Origin: Lama glama
Taxonomy: Eukaryota
Direction: 5' to 3'
Assembly (NCBI GenBank): GCA_028534125.1
Contig: CM052816.1
Span: 80,912,001-80,976,000, forward strand
Length of the DNA stretch: 64,000 nucleotides
The notes below the pieces were generated by a model. The model made no database searches and was not told the origin of the DNA. It saw only the letters and a program-made list of their open reading frames with translations. Of the stretch, positions 1 to 11,211 are shown piece after piece. A program made the position numbers and the translations under genes. Each line of letters opens with the position of its first letter. Positions within the stretch are counted from its first letter, which is position 1.

Positions 1-121
1 TCCAGACTTTTTATTTGTGCACAAAATAAACCTCTATTTTCAAACTATTGTCAGTTACATTTTTCCTTACTTACACAAGTGCTTACAGCCAAAAGCATTG
101 CTACTTATTCACATAATACTT

Positions 122-582
122 AATGCATTCAACAAATATTTGCTAAGAATTTACCGTATACAAGTATTATTAAAATAGTGGATATTCAGCAATAAACAAT
201 ACAGATAAATTCATGCTCACATGGAGCTTATATTCAATGGGAAAAGATAGACTAAAAAAAGGAATACATTTTTAAGTACAGCTTTCAACTGGTTTGAAAG
301 AAACCTATCAGATCCTTAGTAAATTCACAATTCAATCCCAACTGGTGGGAGCAGGAGAATGTGGGATACCAGAGAATGGTCTGTTGACTGGAGGTACACG
401 AAAGGCCATGTATATGAGCATGTTACATGCAGCAAATGAAGAACATGATTAATAAGAACTCCACTCAGTGAAGATCAGTTAAAGGAGCCTTGTTGTACCT
501 GAAATTCCCACAGAAGGAAACAGCCACCTCATGAAGGGGTAAAAGTATGATGTTAAACTGAGTTTTAAAGAGTATGAATAGG
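122..582 (-). mobile_element. LINE-2 (L2) fragments, 3' portion
   Basis: cattcaacaaatattt... is the reverse complement of the L2 3' terminus, followed by typical antisense L2 text (...ctcacatggagcttatattcaatggg...; ...aaactgagttttaaag...). It resumes at 1248 after an L1 insertion. Confidence 0.6.
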
Positions 583-1247
583 CTCCTGGGCTTATATCCA
601 GAGGGAATTCTAATTTGAAAAGACTCATGTATCCCAATGTCCATAGCAGCAAAATATACAATAGCCAAGACATGGAAACAACCTAAATGTCCATTGACAG
701 ATGGCTGGATAATGTTGTGGTATATTTATACAATGGAATACTACTCGGCCATAAAAAAGTAATATAATGCCATTTGCAACAACATGGATGGACCTAGAGA
801 TCATCATTCTCTAGGTGAAGTGAAGTAAGCTAGAAAGAGAAAGAAGAATACCATATGATGTCACTCATATGTGGAATCTAAAAAAAGAAAAAAAGAGGAC
901 ACTAATGAACTCATCTACAAAACAAAAACAGACTCACAGACATAGTAAACAATCTTCTGGTTACTGGGAAAAAGGGGATGGGAAGGGATAAATTTGGGAG
1001 TTTGAGATTTGCAAATGTTAGCCACTATATATAAAAATGGAATATTTATTGTATTATTTATTTGTATTTGGAAATACAAATTTCTTCTGTATAGCACAGG
1101 GAGCTGTATTCAGTATCTTGTAATAACCTTTATTGAAAAAGAAAATGAAAATGAATGTATGTATGTATATGCGTGACTGGGACATTGTGCTGTATGCCAG
1201 AAATTGACACATTGTAACTTCAGTTTAAAAAATTATTTAAAAAAAAG
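583..1247 (+). mobile_element. 5'-truncated L1 (ORF2 C-terminus + 3' UTR + A-tail), cetartiodactyl/camelid type
   Basis: ORF2 end motifs (atagccaagacatggaaacaacctaaatgtcca; atgccatttgcaacaacatggatggacctagag), 3' UTR motif tgtatagcacaggg, A-rich tail, flanking duplication tgaatagg at 575-582 and 1248-1255. Confidence 0.92.
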
Positions 1248-1475
1248 TGAATAGGAGTTCGCCAAGCATAGAAAGGAATGAAGAGCTTTCCAGAGAGAAC
1301 AGGATATGTAAAGACACAGAATTGTAATGTAACATGCAGTGGTCAGTGAGCACTCCTATGTGGCTGAAGCCTTCTTTTTACTAAGAAGTGAAAAGAAATG
1401 AGGCTAGAACATTAGGTTGAGACACATGTTAAAAAAACTTTACATATCATATCGAGGGTTTTGAATTTGTCCTTT
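1248..1475 (-). mobile_element. L2 fragment (continuation of the element split by the L1)
   Basis: gaataggagttcgccaagc...tttccagagagaacaggatatgtaaagacacaga...gaaatgaggctag, typical antisense L2. Confidence 0.6.
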
Positions 1476-1477
1476 GA

Positions 1478-2425
1478 ACTCCAATACAATGTTGAATAGA
1501 AGTGGAGGAAGCAGACGTCCTTGCCTTGGTTCTAATCTTAGGGGGAGGCATCAGTTTTTACCATTTAGTGTGATGTTTGCTATGGGTTTTCCATAGGTGT
1601 CCTTTATCATGATAAAGAAATTCTTTTATATTCCAAGCCTACGAGTTTTTCATCCTAAGGGAGTATTGAATTTTGTTAAATGCTTTTTCTACATCTATTG
1701 AGATGATCATCCAGTTGTAGTCCTTTATTCTATTGATCTGGTGTATTACATTTATTGATCTTTGGATGTTTAACGAACATTTCTGAGATAAATCCTACTT
1801 TATTATGGTGTATAATCCTTTTCATAACTTACTGCATTCGGTATGGTAGTATTTTGTTTAGGATTTTTGCATTTTGTTTAGGATTGTACATTCATAAGTG
1901 ATATTAAAGTCAGTAGTTTATAAAGGCGTGATATTTATAGCAATACAAAGATCAGTAGTTATCTTGTGAGGTCTTTTTTTTAGATTTGGTATGAAGGTAA
2001 TAATGGTCTCATACAATGAGTTGGGGAGTGTTCCTCCTCTTTCTGATATTTGGATGAATTTGTGAAAAAATTGTTCTTAATTCTTCTTTAAATGTTTGGT
2101 AGTATTCACCAGTGAAGTTGTCTGGGCCTAGGCATTTCTTTAAGGTAGGTTTTTATAATACTAATTCAATTTCTTTGCATGTTCTAGATCTATTTAGAAT
2201 TTTCTTTCTCTTCTGGAGTCATTTTCAGTGGTCTATTTGTAGAAATTTTTTCATTTCACCTAAGTCATCTAATTTGTTGGCATGTAGCTGTTCATAGTAT
2301 TTCCTGATAGTCTTTTTTAATTCTGTAGGGTCAGTGGTAATGTCTGTTGTTTCATGCCTCATTTTATAATCTAAATCTTTTCTCTTTTTTTTTAGTTTAG
2401 CTAAGGATTTCTAAATTTTGTTTTC
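1478..2425 (-). mobile_element. Old L1 ORF2 fragment (reverse transcriptase region), degenerate
   Basis: ctccaatacaatgttgaatagaagtgg...ccttgccttggttctaatcttaggggg...gtagtattcaccagtgaagttgtctgggcct, antisense L1 ORF2. Confidence 0.88.
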
Positions 2426-2430
2426 CTTAA

Positions 2431-2612
2431 CTTTTTTTTGAAGTATAGTTGATTTACAATGTTATATTAATTTCAGGCGTACAGCATAGTGATTTGATAT
2501 TTTTATAGATTAGATTCCATTTAAAGTTACTATTAGTTGTATTTTATTCACTGTACCATTATTTTTGTACATATCTTGCTGTTTGATTACTGCAGCTTTG
2601 TAGTATAATCTG
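2431..2612 (-). mobile_element. Short L1 3'-end fragment plus ORF2 scrap
   Basis: ttttttttgaagtatagttgatttacaatgttatattaatttcaggcgtacagcatagtgatt is an antisense L1 3' terminus; gattactgcagctttgtagtataatctga is antisense ORF2. Confidence 0.75.
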
Positions 2613-2703
2613 ACAAGAGCTTCAGAGTTCCCTGTTCTCATAGACTGCCTCTTCTACTTGGCAGAATTTCTGAGCCACTGCTCCAGGTGCTTTATCGTAC
2701 TGG

Positions 2704-3130
2704 TATGTTAGTTCCCTAGGGTTGCCATAATAAAGTTATCACAAACTGGGGGAACAACAGATATTTATTGTCTCACAGTTCTGAGGATCAGAAGTCTGAA
2801 ATCAAAGTATTATTAGGACCATGTTGCCTCTGAAAGTTATCCCAGGGAAAGATATGTTTCAGGCCTCTCTCCTTGCTTCTGATCATCCCTTGGCTTGTGG
2901 CAGCATAACTCCAGCTTTTATATGGCGTTTACCCTATGTGCTTGTGTGTCTCTTAAAATAGTATTCTTTTTATGAGGATAATAGTCATATTGGCTTCGGG
3001 CTCACCCTAATGACCTTATCTTAACTTGATTTCCTTTGCAAAACCCCTATTTCCAAATACGGTCACATTCACAGATACCAGGAGTTAGGACTTCAACACA
3101 TCTTTTGGGGCTACGCAAAACCCATAAAGC
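2704..3130 (-). mobile_element. MaLR solo LTR (MLT1 family)
   Basis: gttagttccctagggttgccataa...tttattgtctcacagttctgagg...tttccaaatacggtcacattcacag...ttaggacttcaaca, a near-complete antisense MLT1 LTR. Confidence 0.88.
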
Positions 3131-3804
3131 AAGGGAACTTAGAGAATGCAGTCTGTAGAGATCAGCATCTCAGAGTGCAAAGTGACAAGAGAAAGGTAAA
3201 GAATGGAATGGACTTGAGGGGTAGTGGAGGCAAAACAGCCTAAACCCTTACCAAGGTAGTTGACTTACAGCAAGCACTGGAATCAAAGAAGTAGAGTCCA
3301 AAGATAATAACTTTGCTGTATTTACTCAAAATTGTATAGAAAATGAGTTACCTTGACCAGTGCACTCAAATTTCTCTTCCCCTTGGCAAGTGTTACTTCA
3401 CTAGTGGAGCTGTATCATAGCCTATTGTCACAAGTAATTCTAATTACTAAATAAAAATGTATTTGTTTGTTTCCCTTGTTCTGAATTCAAGTACAGAAAA
3501 CTGATTATAGTGGCTTTCATGTAGTTCTTCCATAGGGCAAGATATATGCTGACCACCTTATTAGAATGTTCTGGTCTAAGAAATTGTTCTAATTCTTATT
3601 ATGAATTGGTATTTTTGTGTACTGGTCTATTTAAAATTTTGATTTTCCTGGGTGTGAAGAGCTGAGGACCATATTGGCTCCTTAATCAAATTTCTACCTT
3701 GCAAGTTTGCCAGAGCAGCTAACTAGCCTACCAAAATGACACCTCTGCCTCTTCTTTACTTCACAATTATAATAATTAGATATTGCATGAGTACACAGTA
3801 AAGA

Positions 3805-4015
3805 ACTAACATTTACTGAATACTTACTATGTGTAGTGGAATATGAGGCTGTTTTATTTAATTCTCATAATAATCTTCTGAGGGATCCTCATTTTACATC
3901 TAAGGAAACTAAAGCAAAGAACAGACAATGTTAGTGTCCCCTAGCTAGTGAGTTTGTAGAGCTGAGCTTTGAAAACTGGTCTTTACAACTCCAGAACCTT
4001 TAACATTTCCATTAT
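3805..4015 (-). mobile_element. MIR SINE
   Basis: actaacatttactgaatacttactatgtg...cctcattttacatctaaggaaactaaag (antisense MIR core)...gagctgagctttgaa. Confidence 0.75.
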
Positions 4016-7000
4016 AATATGTTGCCTTTTTGACCATTGATAATCATAGTCCAATGACCAAAGAATTTTAATTATAATTTAATTTAATTTAATAGGTCTT
4101 TAATTATCACCTAATAATGTTTTATATTTTGATAGGTATTGTGTGGAACATGAAAGAATTTACCAAAAATAACTCCTTGCTTCTGAAAGCTTGTAGTCTA
4201 ATTTAACAAAAATGAATTAAATAATAGTATAAGATATAATCAAGTCCCAGAATAACATTTTTGAATTATAAATGCTACTAGAAGTCAGGAATCAGTCAGG
4301 AATTAATATAGATAGCTATGGCTTCATGGATATGAAGGTTGACTGTTTTGAAGTTTGTATAGTTTATACAGAGGGATGTTTCAGGCAAGAGATATACCAT
4401 TAGTGAGAATGTTTGAGTGTAACATATTTAGGGAGAGAGAGAAGACAGTCCTATGTAGAGGAGAGGAGAAGCGGCATGAATGAAAACAGTGGGTCAATGA
4501 GTAGTCAGGAAAGACCTCAGACCTCAAACATCTGATTAATGTGTCTAAATTTGGTTTTTCGGGCTTTATAGAAATGTTGAAGAGTATTGTACAATACTGT
4601 TTTTTTTTTTTCAAATCACTTACCGAAAATAAGTCTGTCAGGCTACGTGGAAAGTCAGAAATCAAAGATAGGGGCTCATTACTTTAGGCCAGAAATGCCA
4701 GCCAGAAGTTAACGGTATGCATTGCCTAGCTAGGGCAGTGTTGTAGAGACCCAGAAAGCAGCACCTGCCACAGGCAGCCTTTCTGTTTCCACTTATGAGT
4801 TGGAGATACAGTGCCTCCATCCACTTTCTACATCTATGACACTAACTTGTACTAGCCATAATGAGGGTGGTAGAGAGTTTACAGATGCATGAATTCAAGG
4901 ATCTTATCCTTCTTAAGCAAGCAGTTTGTTTAGTGATTTTTGGCATGGCCCTGTTGTGAAGAGCCAGGCTCTCTTTAGTCTTAAAGCATTTTGGAGGAAA
5001 TGTGCCTAGGCAAATTGAATTTATGCTGTTTATGAGTGCTTTGGTTTTCTTCTAAGTATCTGGAATGTCTGCTCAGAGATTACCAATTTAAGGCCTCAAA
5101 AGGCATGCCCCAGAGACCTTGCCACTAGTGGCAGCTCTATCAACATCCAGTTGTGAAAACAGAACAGGATTGTGTGACTATTAGAAGAGCTAGTGCTATT
5201 TATATCACATAAAAATGTGGCCCAAGGTCATTATTCTTATACCAGCCTTGGTAAATTTGTCATGGCATATGGTTTTCCTCAGTTGTTTTTGTTTTGTTTT
5301 GTTTGTTTGTTTTGTTTCGTTTTTGTTTTCCTGAATTGATGAAATGTCTCCTTTGGTGACACTCAATAGCAAGGGATAAAATTCAAACTTTTAAAATTGT
5401 GTTCAGTGTTCTCTACAACTTCTCTTTTGATTTCTTTTAACTACTTACCTACAACAAGAACTCCTGCTTTGATCAAACAGCCCTAACCCAGTATTGCCCA
5501 GACTTTTAGCTTTTTTGCCAGTATGTTTTTGTTCTGCCCATCTAAAATACATCTCCACTGCCTCTCCTTACCCCCTCCTATCCTTCTACTAAATCCTGTG
5601 TATCCTTTTAGAGACAGTATAAATCCTGGTCCTCCATAAAGACAGTTTCATAGAGATAGGAGGTAGCCTAGTCTTTATTCTTGTGGTTGATATTCTCAAT
5701 ATAGGTTCTGTTTTACATTTTTTTTAAATGTTTTTAGGTTTGAAACTCCTAAAGGGCAGGAACTGCCTCTATAACTCTGCACATAGCCAAGAGCTCTGTG
5801 TAATTAGGAACTGAAAATCTAATGCTTTTAATAATAGTGATGTTATGAATATGAATAGAGGAGTATGATAGGGAGAGTAGTTGATTATTACTCCTAAAAT
5901 TTGTTCTATAATTTATAAGGAAAAAATCATGGTGGTCTAGGTTCCACTGACAGATTTGTGTAACTGTGTAAAGTTTATGACTATTATTAGAGTTCTTATC
6001 AAGGGTGGTTGTGTGGAAGTGGAGGAGTGAGGCTAGGTTAAGCTAGCTGTGATTTAGTTTGAGATTCTCAAACTAAACTATTATGATCTTTCCCTTGGCC
6101 ATAGAAAACTGAGCTTCTCCAAGTAAAAATCACTTTTCCACGAGTGCCTAGTCTCTCTGGAAAGCTAAGGGGGAGCCAGCAATGTGTTCCTATTTCTCTG
6201 CCTGATATTGTAGTTTCTGCCAGATATTATAATCTATCTCAACAACTGTGCCAGCATCATGATTGCTAATATAGTACTCTTCCTAGTGATCCAGCTTTCT
6301 TTCAGCAGGAGTAGCGTGTGCTCCGACTGTCGCCAAGAGTGATAAGCAAGAGCTACATGTGGCAGTAAAAACTAGAATCCTTCAGCAGGCATTGTCTGAG
6401 TCATTGACAATGGCCTGAATACATGGTCAACCTTTACTTATTTATTATCTCTTCTACCCTCATATCCCATTTTTAGGTTTATTCAACACTTTTTGGCTAT
6501 AATGATTCCAAATTGCACTATGCACAAAAAGAAGTAGACATGGCATTTTTATGAACGCAGCTGGGTGAAACAGTCTTGGCATATAAGTGTCTTACCACCT
6601 AGTGTTGTAACTGGTTTATAGGAGATGCTGTTTCTGAGACTGAAATTCTTACAGTCTGTTCCCTATGATGTACACAGATAATAAAGCCAATAAGTACCTG
6701 TGGCCTATACAGATAGCAAAGCCGACGCTTTTTTTTTAAAAATTTTTTACATTTTGTTTTCTTGTGGTAATATGCTATAGGGATGATAGAAATATATGCA
6801 CCATTCAACTCTAAAGTGCAAGGGAGGTTCAGTGCTTAGTTTTGGAAAAGATTCATCAAACAGTCACCATCAACTCATCATATACTATGAAGCATCAGGC
6901 AAGGTAGCTGGAAAACACTTGACGAGGTTGGACTATACATAAATATTTGTAGCCTGCTAGGGTGTTTTCCCAATTGTAAAAATGTTAAAGAAAATATGAA

Positions 7001-8039
7001 TAAAATGTGCACTATTTGCTTAGAGAAAGAATGCTTTATATTCTATGCCAATGTCTCTTTCTTCTTTTACTTTCTTACTTTTTTTTTCAGTATTAGGAAT
7101 TGAAAATATTTGGTGCAGCCTTAGAATATGATCTGGTGGCAAACTATAATTGTAAATTTGTCTAGCTTCTAATCTGTGTTAACTGTTTTCTTTACCTCTG
7201 TACACAGGTGGCTTCTGGGTAAAGAACCTCACTTTTTACCACCCACCTTCTTGATTGGTATTGACTAAATCATAATACGGATCCTTCTAGGGGACCTTCT
7301 GTTGAGTAAAGTTATTTCCTTTACTGGATCCTTCCCAGTATGGTGTCTGTAAAACATTCTGAATTTTTTGGTTGTTATCAAAACAGTCTCCTAAGCCCAC
7401 GGTCTGGATTATGATTTGGATTGGAGAGTTGCAGTTTTATAAAGATCAAATGAATGTGCATTTCTGGAAGGAAGGAACATTTTTTGTGGTTACAGCAAAT
7501 GCCACTGGACATCACCAGTTTTAGACTTAGGGGCATCTGAGAATAATGTGATATTTTTCCATATTTTAGCTTCTTGTTTTTTGAAGCTAGGTTCCTTAAG
7601 TCGGTGGCATGCTGTCATACTGGAATTATCTTTTTGTTTAGGGTGATTATGGATATACTTGGTCATGCTTCAGCCCCCAGTATTTGGGAGCTCCATGAAT
7701 GAGGTATGTACACTTAATCTGACCTATGTAATTAATGAAAACAAGAAATTGGATGCAGATATATTACAGTCTGCTCTCAAAGTTAGGAAGGGGACAAAGA
7801 GAGGATATGCATAAAGACAACTTACCAAGGATCAGGCTGTATCTTATTTTTCTGTTTCTGGTTTAAGAAATCCCAGGAATTTTCTTGAAAGGGATATATG
7901 GAAATTATGGATAAAAACATGGATGATTTAGTGGTGAAATAAAGAGAAGAGAATGGAAATAAATGGGGATATAGATTAATTTGGTGATGGATCAGGAAAC
8001 TTTGGTAGGAGATATGCATTGCTAATCACCTCTTATGTT

Positions 8040-8545
8040 ATTTAGTTTGAAATAATTTTGAACTGGGAGAAAAATTACAAACTAGTACCCAAAAAACTCC
8101 TATAGTTCATTACTCAACTCTACCACATTTGCTCTTTTTCCCTTTAATCCTCCCTTGTTCATATTTAAAAAATAAAGAAGGAGACTCTCCTAGATAGCAG
8201 ACAAATGCAGACATGCAAAGACGCCATTAATCCTATAGTACTACTATCCAATCCACAAACCCTATTTAGATTTCTCTGTCTGTACCAGTTGTGTCTCTTT
8301 TTGCTTCCTTGTCCAGCATCCAACTCAGATCATGAGCTGCATTTAGTTGTCATTTCTCTTTAGGCTCTTAACCTCTAGCAGTTCCCCAGTCTTTCCCTGG
8401 TTTTCATGATCTTCCGTTTTAAAATAGTAAAGCCTTTCATTTGGAAGCCTGTTTTCACCCCAGGTCTGTCTGATGTTTCCTTGGGACTAGTGTCAGCTCG
8501 TGCTTTCTTGGCAGGAATACTACAGAAGTGATGCTGGGCTTGTCT
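8040..8545 (-). mobile_element. Old L1 3' UTR fragment (L1MC-like)
   Basis: tgaaataatttt...gtccagcatccaactcagatcatgagctgcatttagttgtcatttctcttt...ttggcaggaatactacagaagtgatgctg. Confidence 0.75.
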
Positions 8546-8670
8546 AAAGGCCTGAGAATCAGGAGAGCCAGTTGTGTAAGTTCCAGTCTGAGTTCAAAGT
8601 CCTGATAACCAGAAGCACCAATAGTGTAAAGCCTAGTCTAAGTCTGAGTCCAAAAGTAGGAGAAGATCAT
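8546..8670 (-). mobile_element. MLT2 (ERV-L) LTR fragment
   Basis: Internally repeated aaggcctgagaatcaggagagcc...gtaagttccagtctgagttc...aggagaagatc, characteristic of MLT2 LTRs. Confidence 0.7.
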
Positions 8671-9088
8671 TGTTGTATCTCCTGGTGGAAACAATCCTCC
8701 CTTTGAAACTAAGATATCTAGGCCAGCAAGGCATAAGGTCATGCAAAGAGGAGGCAAAAGTTTTGTTAATGGGTCACTAAGGTTAATAGTGAGAAGCGTC
8801 AGTCCCGCTTCCACGGCTTGATTCCTGGATGCATGGATCCTAGTATGAGAGAAACAGCATCATATACTGGATGCTGATTCAGGGCATATACAGCATTCTG
8901 GGGAACCTTGCTCCAGCCCTGTGGAGTATTGCCACCTAAGTGATGCTGTAACTTAGTCTTCAAAAATCCATTTCACCAGTCTATCAAATCAGCTGCTTCA
9001 GGATAGTGGGGGAGATGGTAAGACCAGTGAATTCCATAAGCGTGGGCCCATTGCCGTGCTTCTTTGTTGTGGAGTTCCTTGATCAGAG
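8671..9088 (-). pseudogene. ERV-L pol remnant: integrase core/C-terminus running into the dUTPase start
   Basis: Manual minus-strand translation, allowing 2 frameshifts and 1 stop: SDQGT/KEARQWAHAYGIHWSYHLPHYPEAADLIDW*NGFLKTKLQHHLGGNTPQGWSKVPQNAVYALNQHPVYDAVSLI/RIHASRNQAVEAGLTLLTINLSDPLTKLLPPLCMTLCLAGLDILVSKGGLFPPGDT. This closely follows the HERV-L/MuERV-L integrase pattern (SDQGTHF...GIHWSYH.P..PEAAGLIERWNGLLK). Confidence 0.9.
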
Positions 9089-9099
9089 TGACAAAAGGC

Positions 9100-9424
9100 C
9101 CTTGCTTGGCTCAAGGACTATCTATCCTTGCCTCTTCCAGCTTCCAGTGTCTCAGACATTCCTTGATTTGTGGTTGGATAATTCCAGTATCTACTGTCAT
9201 CTTCACATGGCCTTCTCTTCTCCCTGTATGTCTCTCTTCTCTGTGTCTCCTATGAGGACACTTGTTACTGGATTTAGGACCCACTCAGAAAATCCTGAGT
9301 GATTATGCCTCAGGATCCTTATCTTAATTATATCTGCAAAGACCCTTTTTCCAAATGAGGTCACATTCACAAGTCCTGGGAATTGGGACATGAACATATG
9401 GGGACCACCATTTAGCCCACTGTA
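9100..9424 (-). mobile_element. MaLR LTR (MLT1 family), partial
   Basis: ccttgcctcttccagcttcc...tatctgcaaagaccctttttccaaatgaggtcacattcaca...accatttagcccactgta. Confidence 0.88.
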
Positions 9425-10827
9425 GTCATTTAAGTTTTTCTTATAGATAAAGAAACCAAGGTTTGGAAAATTCACATAACTTGGTCAAGATTAGATAAAC
9501 AGAATTTAAATCTGGATTAATCTCCCACCGAAATCTTTGCTATTTCTGTCACACTGTCTCTTATGCGAAGCTTTCTGGATTACATGTATTATCTTGAGTA
9601 GAGTTGGAAATTTATAAACATGGTGAATCTTGTTCTTTTTTCTTACTAGCCTGTGCTATTATCATTCTAGCACCCCTCCAGGTAAACCTACCTTTACCAG
9701 GAGAGATGCCTGTGGAATTCCTTTTGAGAATATGCCTAAAGCATAGTGAGCTCAATTATCCCATGTTGAAACACTAGTAAAGAGCAACAACTTCCCAGCA
9801 AACCAATTCACTGCTGTAAGTAGCATTTGTATCATTTTCTTTCACATCAGCAGAAGCAGCAGATGGTTTAAGTCATACATTTGGGTTATCAGCAGGACAC
9901 AATTTTCCACAGATGTATCTAAATAGCACTTCTTGGAAACATGGTTTTTATGAATATTTTAATCTTAGTGGTTATTTATTACCAAAATTCAGAAGACACT
10001 CTTCACTTGGTACACATGACATGTTGACCTAGACCCAGATGTTCAGAGCTCACAAACTTTCTAAGGATTCTTATTTTAGCCTCAGCTGCCTTGTTCCTGA
10101 CCCCTAAGTGGGGTTATTTCATAATAAAAATATTTTTATTTCATTCATTGCTTCAATAAAGGCAAATTTTTGTCATTTTTTCATATTCTAGTTTTATTAT
10201 TTCCTCTCCATTTCATTTCAGCTTTTTCCCTCAGCCATCACACCAAAATGCATTTTTACAGAGAATTTCATGGGCTTTTTTTAAAAAATGAAAATTAATT
10301 AAATGGTATATACTTTTAATTATTATAACATTGGTTCCATTTTATAGCTGGGGAAGTTGATTCCAAGGCAAATGACTTTTCATGGGTTATAAGGCAAGTT
10401 CTCATCAGAGACTTCCCAACAGTTGCTCTCAGGACTATGGCTGATTTTCTCTTGTCAAATATAACCCGTATAAAAATAGACTCTAATCTTACAAGTTATA
10501 GGTAGTCTTTCCTATCTTTGCAGTTGTCACTTCCCTTAGCATCTGCTTAGCACTTCAGGAATTCCTCCACAGTGTATCAATTTGCTCGACAATTTCTTAT
10601 TTCATGGTTTTATGTCTTTTCAAAATTCTTTACCTAGAGTGTAGGCTGAGAGTTTTTTGCTTTGGATCCTTTTCCTTATCTCCCAAGATGCCTGGATTAT
10701 TATTCTGTTCAAACTGAAAACAGAATGTTTGCTGATAATAGGATCTGGAAAGGGAAGTGCATTCTCTTCAGGCACATGAAGCGAAGATTGCTTCCTTCCA
10801 CTACTTTAGCTGAGGCTCCTTTACCAT

Positions 10828-11055
10828 AGCATTGCATGGTATTAAAAATCGTGGACTCTGAAGTCAGGCAGCTGGGTTCAGTTCCAGCTCTACTTCTTAC
10901 CTTGGTCAAATTACTTAGCCTTTGTGTCCCTCAGTTTTCCAACCTGTAAAATGGAGATAATAGTAGCACTTACATCACAGGATTTGTAATCATTAAGTGA
11001 TCTGACACAAAAATGAGAATTATGCCCAGAATGTAGTGAGCACTAAATATTTATT
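10828..11055 (+). mobile_element. MIR SINE
   Basis: tRNA-derived head (ggactctgaagtcaggcagctgggttcagttccagctct) and core cctcagttttccaacctgtaaaatggagataatagtagcac. Confidence 0.88.
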
Positions 11056-11211
11056 TAAATAAGTAATTTTTTTCAGGATTCCTGATGCTGCCATATGTTA
11101 TGTTTCTGCCTCTCATCTTGTTCCCCACCAATCCACTTACCACTGTAGCCAGAATGAGCCTTCTAAAGTACAAAAAAGATACTTTACTTCTCTGCTCACA
11201 TACCTAGATGG

